Of a DNA stretch of 64,000 bases, positions 30,318 through 39,609 are shown one piece after another. Within the stretch, counting starts at the first letter, position 1. Each line of letters begins with the position of its first letter. A program made the translations under genes and the position numbers. The notes beneath the pieces were generated by a model. That model searched no databases. It saw nothing but the letters and a program-made list of their open reading frames with translations, and was not told where the DNA came from. The DNA comes from Terriglobia bacterium (GTDB lineage: Bacteria; Acidobacteriota; Terriglobia; 20CM-2-55-15), in assembly GCA_965218585.1 (NCBI GenBank), contig CBDCLE010000003.1, forward strand, positions 160,001-224,000. Reading direction: 5' to 3'.

Positions 30318-31448
30318 TCAGGATGCTCTGAGGACATATCGATCGCCAGGGAGTTGGACGACAACACCTGCAAGTTCCAGTTCGAGCAAAGCCGAATAGA
30401 GTTCGCTTTGGGGCAAGTCGAGTTTCGATAAGAGGCCATCGATCGGGGTTTCCTCCGATGCCGACAAGGCATCCTGGACCATACGCTGTGAAGGCGTCAA
30501 CTCGGGGGCGTCAACGTCCGATTGAGAGGCAGGTTCGTTGAGTACTTTGACTACTTCGGCTCCGAATTCTTCCACGACATCGCCCCATCCGGTCACCAGA
30601 CAGGCGCCTTGTCGAATGAGCAGGTGTGGGCCAAAGCTCTGCGGTGAGAAGATCGGGCCCGGAACGGAGAACACCTCTCGGTTTGCCTCAAGAGCCAAAC
30701 GGGCAGTGATGAGCGAACCCGACCGTTCCCCGGCCTCGACGACGATCGTTCCGAGCGTCATGCCGGCCAGGATCCGATTGCGCATCGGGAAGTTCGACGG
30801 CAAAGGCGGCGTTCCAAGCGCGAATTCCGATAAAAGAGCGCCATTGGCGACGATTGATTCGCCAAGTGCGCGATTTTCGGAGGGGTAAACACTGTCCAGG
30901 CCTGTGCCGCACACGGCCACCGTCTTCCCCCCAGAGAGCGCACCTCGATGGGCCGCTGTGTCGATCCCGCGGGCCAGACCCGAGACAATGACAACTCCCC
31001 GTTCGGCCAGATCCCGCGCGATTTGCTCTGCGCAGTTAATACCGTAGGCGCTGGCACGGCGGGCCCCGACGATTGCCAAGTGCGGGCCGCCCGAGTCCCA
31101 TCCCTGGCTGCGAACGTAGAGGACAACAGGCGGATCGCACGTCTCCAGCAATAATGCCGGATAGGTCGGATCGTGGATGTCGATGATTCGAATGCCCAAC
31201 CCACGTGCCCGCTCCCACTCCTGCTCAGCGCGCTCCCGGGCCTGGGATGAAACGAGATCTCGGGCGATTCTGTTCGGGACCGACTTCGCCCTCAGTTCTT
31301 TGATGCTGAGAGATAGAATGTCGGAAGGCTCGGAGATCTCAGAGAGCAGCTGGTGTATCGAACGTAGGCCGAGACCGGACACCAGGCGTATTTGTAGAAA
31401 CGCCTTCGTTCGGCGAACGTCTTCGGACGTGTCTTTGCCCTCCCTCAT
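30318..31448 (-). CDS. dprA: DNA-processing protein DprA
   Basis: AIVGAR, VSGLARGIDTAAH, NFPMRNRI and SGSLITA. Confidence 0.96.
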   Translation of the reverse strand: MREGKDTSEDVRRTKAFLQIRLVSGLGLRSIHQLLSEISEPSDILSLSIKELRAKSVPNRIARDLVSSQARERAEQEWERARGLGIRIIDIHDPTYPALLLETCDPPVVLYVRSQGWDSGGPHLAIVGARRASAYGINCAEQIARDLAERGVVIVSGLARGIDTAAHRGALSGGKTVAVCGTGLDSVYPSENRALGESIVANGALLSEFALGTPPLPSNFPMRNRILAGMTLGTIVVEAGERSGSLITARLALEANREVFSVPGPIFSPQSFGPHLLIRQGACLVTGWGDVVEEFGAEVVKVLNEPASQSDVDAPELTPSQRMVQDALSASEETPIDGLLSKLDLPQSELYSALLELELAGVVVQLPGDRYVLRAS

Positions 31449-31477
31449 CGTGTGATGCCAAGCAGTCGTGTTACCAA

Positions 31478-32002
31478 ATGAGTGTGAAGCCACCTGAAGA
31501 TTTCATAGTCCGTTTTGCAGATCGCGTCGTGGACCGAGAGCCCGCGGCCGAAGTACTTGATGTGGCCTGTGGTTCAGGCCGTCACGCGCTGTTCTTCGCC
31601 CAAAAGGGGTGCCGTGTGGTTGCGATGGAGCGGAGGAGGGAAGTACTCGAAAGTCTTCGTGAGACGGTCCGGAAAGATGGTTTGCCTGTCAGCGTCGTCA
31701 CTTCGGACGTAGAGAACATGTCGCTTTTACCCGTGTGTTTTGATGCGATCGTGAATACGTTCTTTCTCTGGAGGCCTCTGGCCCAGCAATATGCGAAGGC
31801 CTTGCGGCCGGGCGGTGTTCTTTACTTTCAAACTTTTACGACGGATAACCACGACGTCCTGGGCAAGACGAAGCCACGCAGGGATTTCCTGCTCGAACCC
31901 GGGGAACTGGGACAGATGTTCACCGCCCTGGAAGTGATTCACTATGAGGAGAAGATTGAAGAAGACCGTGCCATCGCCACGTTCGTAGCCCAGCGTCCAT
32001 AA
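31478..32002 (+). CDS. Class I SAM-dependent methyltransferase (TehB-like)
   Basis: VLDVACGSGRHA, ALRPGG and FLLEPGEL. Confidence 0.85.
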   Translation: MSVKPPEDFIVRFADRVVDREPAAEVLDVACGSGRHALFFAQKGCRVVAMERRREVLESLRETVRKDGLPVSVVTSDVENMSLLPVCFDAIVNTFFLWRPLAQQYAKALRPGGVLYFQTFTTDNHDVLGKTKPRRDFLLEPGELGQMFTALEVIHYEEKIEEDRAIATFVAQRP

Positions 32003-32013
32003 ATAGGGGATCC

Positions 32014-32140
32014 AACCGAGAGGCGCAGAGAACGCAAAGGTCGCAGAGTATTTCTCTTAGAATATTTTTTCCCGCGTCCTCAGCGTCTCTGCGTTTTGTT
32101 TTCTGTTCTGAAGTCTTTGAGTCTTTGTGTCTTTGCGTGA
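32014..32140. repeat. 8/9-mer hairpin repeat (copy 3), followed by GTCTTTGN x3
   Basis: AACCGAGAGGCGCAGAGAACGCAAAGGTCGCAGAG ... CGCGTCCTCAGCGTCTCTGCGTT. Confidence 0.65.
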
Positions 32141-32210
32141 CGGTGGGGTCACGGAAATCGACTTCCGGATATCGACTGTGACAAAATAAGGGCGTCGTTT
32201 ATCAAAACAC

Positions 32211-32750
32211 ATGGAGAAGCCGATGCTTGGAAAATTGAAACCGGGTCTGATGCTGATAGCCGTGATGTTGGTGTTCACCCTCACCGCCACAGCCCAACAT
32301 CCTGATGACGCCTTTGTAGGTCAGATGGCGCCCGAGTTCAAGACCAGCGAGTGGATCAACTCTGACCCAGTGACTCTGGAGGATTTGAGAGGCAAGGTCG
32401 TTCTGATCGACTTCTGGGCCTGGGACTGCCCCGAGTGCGCAAAGACGCTGCCGCATATGAAGGATCTGCACGCGAAGTATGCAGACCAGGGCCTTGTGAT
32501 CGTCGGAGTGCACACCCCGCGGGCGGAGTATGAGAAGAAGGTCGAAGACGTGCGCCGGACGATGACGGAGAAGGGAATCGAATACGCTGTTACGATCGAC
32601 CATGAATACCTGACGTGGCTGGACTACCTTGCTAACGCGTGGCCAACGCACTACGTCGTGGATCAGGAAGGCGTGATTCAGTTGAGCCACACCGGTATCG
32701 GGCGTTACGAGGAGACCGAACAAGTAATCCAAAGACTGCTCCAGAACTGA
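32211..32750 (+). CDS. Exported redoxin / TlpA-DipZ-like thioredoxin-fold protein
   Basis: LRGKVVLIDFWAWDCPEC, IVGVHTP and AWPTHY. Confidence 0.88.
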   Translation: MEKPMLGKLKPGLMLIAVMLVFTLTATAQHPDDAFVGQMAPEFKTSEWINSDPVTLEDLRGKVVLIDFWAWDCPECAKTLPHMKDLHAKYADQGLVIVGVHTPRAEYEKKVEDVRRTMTEKGIEYAVTIDHEYLTWLDYLANAWPTHYVVDQEGVIQLSHTGIGRYEETEQVIQRLLQN

Positions 32751-32760
32751 TTGCGCTTGG

Positions 32761-33855
32761 GTGAGGGATCCGGTTGTTTCCATGAAGGTTTCTATGCCTC
32801 GATTTGTTCTGTTGAACCGAGGCCAGGCCACGCGGCTTGGCCTCTTTGTCGTGGCACTGCTCGTTTCCACCGCTGGGCTGGCTGAATCCCCGCAACGTCC
32901 CGTACCCCCCCGTCCTAAGAACATTACGGGCCAGGTCTCCGACCTGCGCGGACAGCCGATTCCGGATGCCCGTGTTTTCATTCTCAATGTTGAGACTGGA
33001 GTGACACGGACTCACCAGTCCGACGAGAGGGGTGTGTACCGGGTGAACGGCCTGCCTCCGGGTGTCGATTACGAGGTCTATGCGGAGTTTGAAGGCATCG
33101 AGTCGGAACGCCGGACTGTGAGCCAGTTTTTGAACCGGGTGGACAATGTTCTGCACCTCGAACTGGATGTGGCGATCATACCGGCCGAGGAGACTGGGGC
33201 AGACGATCCAGGCGCTGTCACGATGGAAACCTTCGATCGGGTGCAGATTCACGGGTCCTTCGAGATGCCTGAAGGACTTCCCGCTCCCATTCCCGCCGCG
33301 CTCCTCCTCCACGGTTTTGGCGAAACCCGGGCGGTCTGGAACGAGTTGCGAGAGAGATTGTTGTTGGAAGGCTGGGCCGTGATGACGCTGGATCTCCGGG
33401 GGCACGGCCAGAGTCGCCTGCGAAACCGGGAAGAGTTCGGTCCCGAAGAGGCCTGGAGGACGGATTCGAGGCAGTTTCCGCTCGATGTCGAGCCGGCACT
33501 GGATTGGCTGAAATCTCAACCCCGACTGGATTCGAACCGCATCGCTGTCATCGGTACGGATGTGGGTGCGAACCTGGCGCTGATAGCTGCGGGTCGCTTT
33601 CCAGAGGTCGGGACCGCAGTCGCAATTGATCCGGTTCTGGAAGAGGCCCTGGCGATGGCGGGAACGGCGCGCGAGTTCACCCCGAGGATGGCCCACCTGA
33701 TCGTCAGAGAGCGGGAGACGGGGCAGGAGGTTCGGGAGTTCATCACCGGTGCATCCCGAATCACTGCCAGTGCCGTCGAGGGCGGAACCCTTCGATGGTT
33801 AGCAGCGCCGAACACGATTGACGAAATCGTACGCTGGCTGACCGACACTTACTGA
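32761..33855 (+). CDS. Exported carboxypeptidase-regulatory-like domain + alpha/beta-hydrolase-fold protein
   Basis: ITGQVSD..GQPIPDARV...GVYRVNGL, LLLHGFG, LDLRGHGQS and VIGTDVGAN. Confidence 0.75.
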   Translation: MRDPVVSMKVSMPRFVLLNRGQATRLGLFVVALLVSTAGLAESPQRPVPPRPKNITGQVSDLRGQPIPDARVFILNVETGVTRTHQSDERGVYRVNGLPPGVDYEVYAEFEGIESERRTVSQFLNRVDNVLHLELDVAIIPAEETGADDPGAVTMETFDRVQIHGSFEMPEGLPAPIPAALLLHGFGETRAVWNELRERLLLEGWAVMTLDLRGHGQSRLRNREEFGPEEAWRTDSRQFPLDVEPALDWLKSQPRLDSNRIAVIGTDVGANLALIAAGRFPEVGTAVAIDPVLEEALAMAGTAREFTPRMAHLIVRERETGQEVREFITGASRITASAVEGGTLRWLAAPNTIDEIVRWLTDTY

Positions 33856-33870
33856 GTACCCTCGCCCACC

Positions 33871-34173
33871 GTGATCGTTTACACCGGCCCGATTGACGAC
33901 GCCAGCAAGCTTATTCAATTCTTTCGTCGCGAGACCGATAAACTGCGTGCGCTACGCAAGGTCGTCATTTCACCCGAATCGACCCGTGTCCTGGACATCA
34001 ATAAGGATGGTGTCGAGTTTCCGAACCTCACCTACGGTTCCGAGGTCCTGGAAAGGTTGCTCGGAGAACTGGGCGTTGTTTTCAGGAAGGAAACGCTCCA
34101 CGCCCATCCGGGGGCGACCAAGGAATTTGACGTCTCGGCGCGCTGGACCTGGGGTCACGACCGCGTAATGTAG
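33871..34173 (+). CDS. Hypothetical protein (100 aa)
   Basis: Co-oriented ORF 15 nt after the previous gene, with normal composition. No family recognised. Confidence 0.6.
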   Translation: MIVYTGPIDDASKLIQFFRRETDKLRALRKVVISPESTRVLDINKDGVEFPNLTYGSEVLERLLGELGVVFRKETLHAHPGATKEFDVSARWTWGHDRVM

Positions 34174-34180
34174 GCGTCTT

Positions 34181-34211
34181 CTGTAGGTGCAGTCTATGAC
34201 CGCACCTACAG
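34181..34211. repeat. GTAG-type REP, collapsed single hairpin
   Basis: CTGTAGGTGCAGTCTATGACCGCACCTACAG. Confidence 0.8.
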
Positions 34212-34221
34212 TCCGATCCCT

Positions 34222-34259
34222 TAGAATGAGCCCATGGAAGTAGAATGAGCCCATGGAAG
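34222..34259 (+). repeat. Exact 19-bp tandem duplication covering a -10-like box and a start codon
   Basis: TAGAATGAGCCCATGGAAG x2. Confidence 0.9.
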
Positions 34260-35047
34260 GTGTTCCCCCCGCAGATGGCGACAACGTTATTGACTGGGGA
34301 AAGACGAGCCGAGACTATTCCGACTGGCGTCCGAACTACCCGGACCGTTTCTTTGAGCTCCTGACATGCTTTGGAGTGGGCTTACCGGGCCAGAGGATTC
34401 TCGATCTGGGGACGGGTGTCGGGTTCCTCGCTCTCCAGTTCGCCAAACAGGGCGCGGTTACCACCGGCGTGGACATCTCCGCGGGACAGATCGAAGAAGC
34501 TAAGGGGCGCGCGGCCTCGCTTGGGTTCGAAGTCGACTTCCGGGTGGGCCCTGCCGAAGACACCGGACTTCCAACGTCCTCCTTCGATTTCATAACCGCC
34601 AGCCAGGCATGGCTGTACTTCGACAAAGATCGTATGATCTCGGAGGTGAAGCGGTTGCTACGCCCGGACGGACTACTGGTCACATCCCATTTTTCATGGC
34701 TGCCACGGCGAGACCCGATTGCGCGGACATCGGAAAAACTGGTTTTGAAGCACAATCCGAATTGGTCCGCGGCGAATTGGGCTGGGATCACGCCAACGAT
34801 TCCATCATGGTCCGAAAAGGATTTCGAAGTCCATGGGATGTTCATGTTTGACGAACCTATATCCTTCACCCGAGAATCCTGGCGTGGACGCATTCGAGCC
34901 TGTCGCGGTATAGGCGCGGTATTGACCGAGGAGCAAACAGAGATTTTTGACCGCGAACACGATGCTCTACTCGAAGAAACGACTGCTGACAATTTTTCTG
35001 TGCTGCACCGAATCGACGCGCATCTCCTGCGGCCGATCCGGGGGTAG
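34253..35047 (+). CDS. Class I SAM-dependent methyltransferase
   Basis: IDWGKTSRDY...RILDLGTGVG...FDFITASQAWLYFD. Confidence 0.88.
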   Translation: MEGVPPADGDNVIDWGKTSRDYSDWRPNYPDRFFELLTCFGVGLPGQRILDLGTGVGFLALQFAKQGAVTTGVDISAGQIEEAKGRAASLGFEVDFRVGPAEDTGLPTSSFDFITASQAWLYFDKDRMISEVKRLLRPDGLLVTSHFSWLPRRDPIARTSEKLVLKHNPNWSAANWAGITPTIPSWSEKDFEVHGMFMFDEPISFTRESWRGRIRACRGIGAVLTEEQTEIFDREHDALLEETTADNFSVLHRIDAHLLRPIRG

Positions 35048-35076
35048 ACTCGCTATTTTCCCTGAGGAAATCTTGA

Positions 35077-35919
35077 ATGTCTCCGAAATCGTCGAAGTCC
35101 CACCCTCGCCGGAAACGTAAGAACGACAAGCCCAGAATGGCGCAGCTTGCCGACCGGCATGTGCTCTATGAAGATGCCGTCCAGGCAGCCGATGCTGAAA
35201 TCGACTTCGTCGATGAAACGTTCATCCAGCTGCGTGGACGAAAGGCGAAGTGGCTGCGTGAGGACTTCTGTGGCACGGCCAACTCAGCGTGCGAGTGGGT
35301 CCGCCGCAGGAAAACGAACCATGCCATCGGCATCGATCTGGATGCGGATGTCCAGCAGTGGGCCCGAGAAAACCACATTGCGAACCTTGGCGCCGCCCGA
35401 AACCGTATCGAACTCCTCAACGCCAACGTTCTTACAGTGAAGTGCACGCCGGTGGACGTTGTCCTCGCGATGAACTTCAGTTACTGGGTTTTCAAGGAGC
35501 GTAAGCTCCTGCTGCGGTACTTCAGGAGCGTCCATAGAGGCCTTGGTCCGGACGGTGTCCTGATGCTTGACGCTTACGGGGGCCCCGATGCCCATCGTGA
35601 GATGGTCGAAAAGACCGAACACGACGACTTTACGTACGTCTGGGACCAGGACAGCTACGATCCCATCAACGGGAACATCGTCTGTCACATCCATTTCACG
35701 TTCCCCGACGGTTCCCGCATGAGGAAGGCCTTTACTTACGACTGGCGCCTCTGGAGTCTTCCCGAACTCCGGGATGTCCTGCTGGAAGCGGGTTTTAAAC
35801 GTGTGACCGTCTACTGGGAGGGAACCGACGAAGACGGTGATGGTAACGGCGAATTCTCGCCTGCCGAGGTAGGTGAGGCTGATACGGCGTTTATCGTCTA
35901 CATCGTTGCGGAGAAGTGA
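35077..35919 (+). CDS. Class I SAM-dependent methyltransferase
   Basis: LYEDAVQ, LREDFCGTA, AIGIDLD, AMNFSY and FTYDWRLWSLPE. Confidence 0.82.
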   Translation: MSPKSSKSHPRRKRKNDKPRMAQLADRHVLYEDAVQAADAEIDFVDETFIQLRGRKAKWLREDFCGTANSACEWVRRRKTNHAIGIDLDADVQQWARENHIANLGAARNRIELLNANVLTVKCTPVDVVLAMNFSYWVFKERKLLLRYFRSVHRGLGPDGVLMLDAYGGPDAHREMVEKTEHDDFTYVWDQDSYDPINGNIVCHIHFTFPDGSRMRKAFTYDWRLWSLPELRDVLLEAGFKRVTVYWEGTDEDGDGNGEFSPAEVGEADTAFIVYIVAEK

Positions 35920-35923
35920 CGGT

Positions 35924-36549
35924 TTAAGGCAGGAGATCGATTCGGAATTCCGCGGTCGAGAAGCCGCCTCCCGCTGGCAGCAGCGTGGTATGGATCAACA
36001 GGGACTGGGCCTGCCCCGGTTCGATCGAGGTCGCCTGTGTCAGACCGTCCGGACTCACACAAACAAAGCTCCTCGGGGCGCCGACTCTCTCGGGTTGGTT
36101 GACCCATCGGACGAACTCTCTCAGGTTCCACGGCCTGACTTCCAGGTTGATACTCGGATCAAATTCCTCTGGGTCGCCGCGTTCTCGATCATCCCGCTGC
36201 AGATCAGGTTGCCGTTTCGGTCGAAGTAGTTTGCCGTCAGGTGGATTTCCCCACCCAGGCAATCCCTCCTGGAACGACCCGTTGTCGCAGTCCTCAAGCG
36301 ACCCATCGTCGCGAAGAGGTTGAGCGGCAGGGAAGCTTCGAGTTCCCGTCCCACACGCCCTCGGTTGTTTACCAGCCGAAGCTCGGGGGTGCATAGGGGG
36401 GCAATCAGATCCTGCTGTTCTTCCAGGAGTTCGGTGAGTCGTTCCAGCTCTTCCTGTTGGAGCTGCAGCTGTTGCTGTATCTGTTGCAGCTCTTGCTCCA
36501 ACTGTTGTGGAGGCAGGACGAGGATCCATGCCAGGAGAAGAGTGGTCAT
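35924..36549 (-). CDS. Hypothetical exported coiled-coil protein, frameshifted near 36150
   Basis: Hydrophobic N-terminus and Q/E-rich heptads (ORF 36121-36549), continuing in another frame as ...INLEVRPWNLREFVRW...FRIDLLP*. Confidence 0.55.
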
Positions 36550-36657
36550 AGGGTAATAGACCCCCGGTCAGCGAAAACGGTTCAATCGTCTTCAAGCATT
36601 TCGCGCACCAACGGGGCAGGTCACGGGCCGCTAAAGCTGGGGGCTTCAGAATCGATC

Positions 36658-36945
36658 TCAGGCGGCTGAAATCCTTCGGACGCGCAAATTCTTCCGGTTT
36701 CTCTCAGCATGCCAGAGGTCGAACTGTACCTGCTGGTTCAACCAACTCTCGGCGGTTGTGTTGAAGGCAAGCGACAGACGCACTGCCATCTCGGGACTGA
36801 TACCCGCACGACCATTGAGGATGGTGGAAAGCGTCTTTCGGCTGATGCCAAGCGCCTTTGCGGTTTCTGTTACCGTCAGACCCAACGGCTCGAGGCAGAG
36901 CTCCTTGAGTATCTCTCCAGGGTGTGGTGGGTTATGCATCTTCAT
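36658..36945 (-). CDS. higA: HigA-family antitoxin (orphan)
   Basis: [13 protein letters not shown]...[31 protein letters not shown]. Confidence 0.92.
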   Translation of the reverse strand: MKMHNPPHPGEILKELCLEPLGLTVTETAKALGISRKTLSTILNGRAGISPEMAVRLSLAFNTTAESWLNQQVQFDLWHAERNRKNLRVRRISAA

Positions 36946-36998
36946 GGTGTAAGCCTCAGTGAAAATGTAACGCGAGTAGTTACGGGTTTCAAGTTGAA

Positions 36999-38087
36999 CT
37001 AGAGTTTGAGCGCCGCCAGATCGATCTCGGGCGCCGAATCGGCCCACTTTTTCTTGAGCTGCCCACACGCGGCTGAGATGTCATCTCCCCGGCTCTTGCG
37101 GATAAAGGCCCGGACTCCCCTGTCTCTCAGGATGTTCTGGAAACCCAGGATTGTGGCCTGATCGGGGCGTTTGTAGTCCAGATCCTGCGATTCGTTCAGG
37201 GGAATCAGGTTCACCTTTGCCCGGGCTCTTTGCGCAACCAGTGCCAGGTCCTCGGCCTGATCGGGGGAGTCGGTCACGCTGCGGAGCAGGACGTATTCCA
37301 GCGTGACCTGCTGCCTGGGTTTCAAAGGGAAGTCGCGGAGAACCGCGACCAGGTCATCGATCGGGTAGGTTCGGTTGATCGGCATCAGCTTATTGCGTAT
37401 CCCATCCGTTGCACCCGTGAGCGAAACGGCCAGGTTCGGAATCAGGCTCTCCTCGGAAAGACGCCGTAGTTCGGGAATCAACCCGACCGTCGAGAGCGTC
37501 ACGCGCGACATGGAGAGGTTCATTCCTGTCGGGTCATTCAGGATGGTCAGCGCCTTAATCACGTTGTCGTAGTTGTGGAGAGGTTCGCCCATTCCCATGA
37601 GGACGATGTTGAAAGCGTTAGAGTTGCCAGTAAGGTTCGTTCTTTGGGCGACCAGGACCTGGGCGACGATCTCCCCAGCCGTCAGGTGCCGGGAGAATCC
37701 CAGTTGCCCTGTCAGGCAGAACGTGCACGCCAGTCCACAGCCGACCTGAGACGAGACGCAAATCGTCTTCCGCTCCCCATCGGGTATGACAACGGTTTCG
37801 ATCATTTCGCCGTCCCCCAGCCGGATCAAGTGGCGGCGCGTCCCATCCTCCGCCTCGAAGGTCTTGTGTATGGGGGGCATTCGGACCTCCCACCGTGCCT
37901 TAAGAGTGGCCCGCAATGACTTGGGGAGGTTCGTGATCCGGTCGAAGTCGTCGATCCCATGCTTGTAAACGGCTTCGTAGAGTTGCGTTGACCTGAACGA
38001 AGGATCTAGCGCTTCGGATAGCTCATCTCGCGACAGATTGAAAAAGGATTCAATGGGTTCGGAGATATCGGAACGGGATTGGAACAC
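36999..38087 (-). CDS. rlmN: 23S rRNA m2A2503 radical-SAM methyltransferase
   Basis: [24 protein letters not shown] and DISAACGQL. Confidence 0.97.
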   Translation of the reverse strand: MFQSRSDISEPIESFFNLSRDELSEALDPSFRSTQLYEAVYKHGIDDFDRITNLPKSLRATLKARWEVRMPPIHKTFEAEDGTRRHLIRLGDGEMIETVVIPDGERKTICVSSQVGCGLACTFCLTGQLGFSRHLTAGEIVAQVLVAQRTNLTGNSNAFNIVLMGMGEPLHNYDNVIKALTILNDPTGMNLSMSRVTLSTVGLIPELRRLSEESLIPNLAVSLTGATDGIRNKLMPINRTYPIDDLVAVLRDFPLKPRQQVTLEYVLLRSVTDSPDQAEDLALVAQRARAKVNLIPLNESQDLDYKRPDQATILGFQNILRDRGVRAFIRKSRGDDISAACGQLKKKWADSAPEIDLAALKL

Positions 38088-38097
38088 GGGGCTGGGG

Positions 38098-38661
38098 TCA
38101 GTCCCCGATTTGGCGGGTAGTCACCTCAGAAAACGAACCGTTTTCGTGCCGGGCGACCAACTCTTCGATTTCATTGAGGAACTGGGGGGTCATCCATCGC
38201 CGGTAGCTGATGAACTTCTGAACGACGTTGCCGTTGCCGTCGATAAAAAACGTTTCGGGAACGCCCAGAGCCCGATATCGTAGGTAGACCTGACGACCCG
38301 GGTCCAGAACCGTCGGGATGTCCAGGTCGTGCTCTTCGTAAAACTCCTGGACGTCTTCCCAGTTCGTGTCGATGCTGACGGCCAGCATCTTGAACGGACG
38401 GCCTTCAAAGTGCTGATTCAAGGCCATCATGTCCGGCATCTCGACGATGCAGGGTTCGCACCACGTGGCCCAGAAGTTCAAGAAAACCAGGTTCCCTGCG
38501 AAGTCGCCCAGGCTCACGGTTTCACCATTCTGGTTAGCGAGTTCGAACTCGGGCGCCACAGAGCCGATCAGGGTCGGGTCCGGAGCGATCGATTCCCTGT
38601 AAATCGCGTAGGCGGCCAGCAGCCCGACAAGGGTGAAAAACATGAATGGCTTGAGACGCAT
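38098..38661 (-). CDS. TlpA/ResA-family disulfide reductase
   Basis: LNFWATWCEPC, GVPETFFID and an N-terminal anchor. Confidence 0.9.
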   Translation of the reverse strand: MRLKPFMFFTLVGLLAAYAIYRESIAPDPTLIGSVAPEFELANQNGETVSLGDFAGNLVFLNFWATWCEPCIVEMPDMMALNQHFEGRPFKMLAVSIDTNWEDVQEFYEEHDLDIPTVLDPGRQVYLRYRALGVPETFFIDGNGNVVQKFISYRRWMTPQFLNEIEELVARHENGSFSEVTTRQIGD

Positions 38662-38808
38662 GGTCGTATTCTATCGAAATCTGGAATTTATTGGTAGGTT
38701 CCCCCGTCCTGTCCACCGAAGATAGGACACTGGCGTCGGATCGCGACATGGGGTCCCTTCTGAACCGTTTTTAGCTTTACACACCAACGCTTACTTGGAT
38801 TTCTTTAA

Positions 38809-39597
38809 ATGTCGATAAGGGTTTCTGTCCTGGGCAGCGGGAGTCGCGGTAACGCGACATACATCCGGACCGAGAAGGTTCGCCTTTTGATCGACTGTGG
38901 ACTGGGCCCGAGAACGCTGGCCAAGCGCCTCCGGGCGATCGGTGAGGACCCGGATCGAATCGATGCGGTATTTGTGACGCACGAGCACACCGACCATGTC
39001 GGTGGCCTCAGGTCGATGATTAAGAAGTTTTCCGTCGAGGTCTTCATGTCCTGCGGGACGATCGACGGGAGCCGGGCTGACAGTTTCGATATGAACGGGT
39101 CGGGGATCGTGCCCATTGTTCCCGGCAGAAGTTTCGCGGTTGGGGATGTGGAGGTCGATACTGTAGCCGTTCCCCACGATGCGGAAGAGCCGACCGCTTT
39201 TTCTGTGCGCTACAATGGAATTAAGGTGACTCAACTGACCGATCTGGGATGGATTCCCGATCACGTGGCCGATCTGCTCAAGGGGAGTCATATCCTGATC
39301 CTGGAATCCAACCATGATCTCGACATGCTTCGGATGGGGTCGTATCCCTGGAGCCTGAAGGAGAGGCTTATGGGCCGGAAAGGGCACCTCTCTAACGACG
39401 CCGTTGGTCGATATCTCACCGGTCCCTACGACGGTGGCGCCCAGCATCTTGTCCTGGCCCATCTAAGTTCCAAGAACAACCATCCGGAAATCGCCCGGCA
39501 GGAAGCCTGCCAGGCACTGTCTTCAAGGGGGTTTGGGGAGACCGAGGTCTCGCTAGCCTCACAGGACACTCCAAGTACACCCATAGAAATGGGTTAG
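38809..39597 (+). CDS. MBL-fold metallo-hydrolase (YycJ/WalJ-like)
   Basis: LGSGSRGNA, THEHTDH, LESNHD and LAHLSSKNN. Confidence 0.9.
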   Translation: MSIRVSVLGSGSRGNATYIRTEKVRLLIDCGLGPRTLAKRLRAIGEDPDRIDAVFVTHEHTDHVGGLRSMIKKFSVEVFMSCGTIDGSRADSFDMNGSGIVPIVPGRSFAVGDVEVDTVAVPHDAEEPTAFSVRYNGIKVTQLTDLGWIPDHVADLLKGSHILILESNHDLDMLRMGSYPWSLKERLMGRKGHLSNDAVGRYLTGPYDGGAQHLVLAHLSSKNNHPEIARQEACQALSSRGFGETEVSLASQDTPSTPIEMG

Positions 39598-39609
39598 GAG
39601 AGCAGAGAT

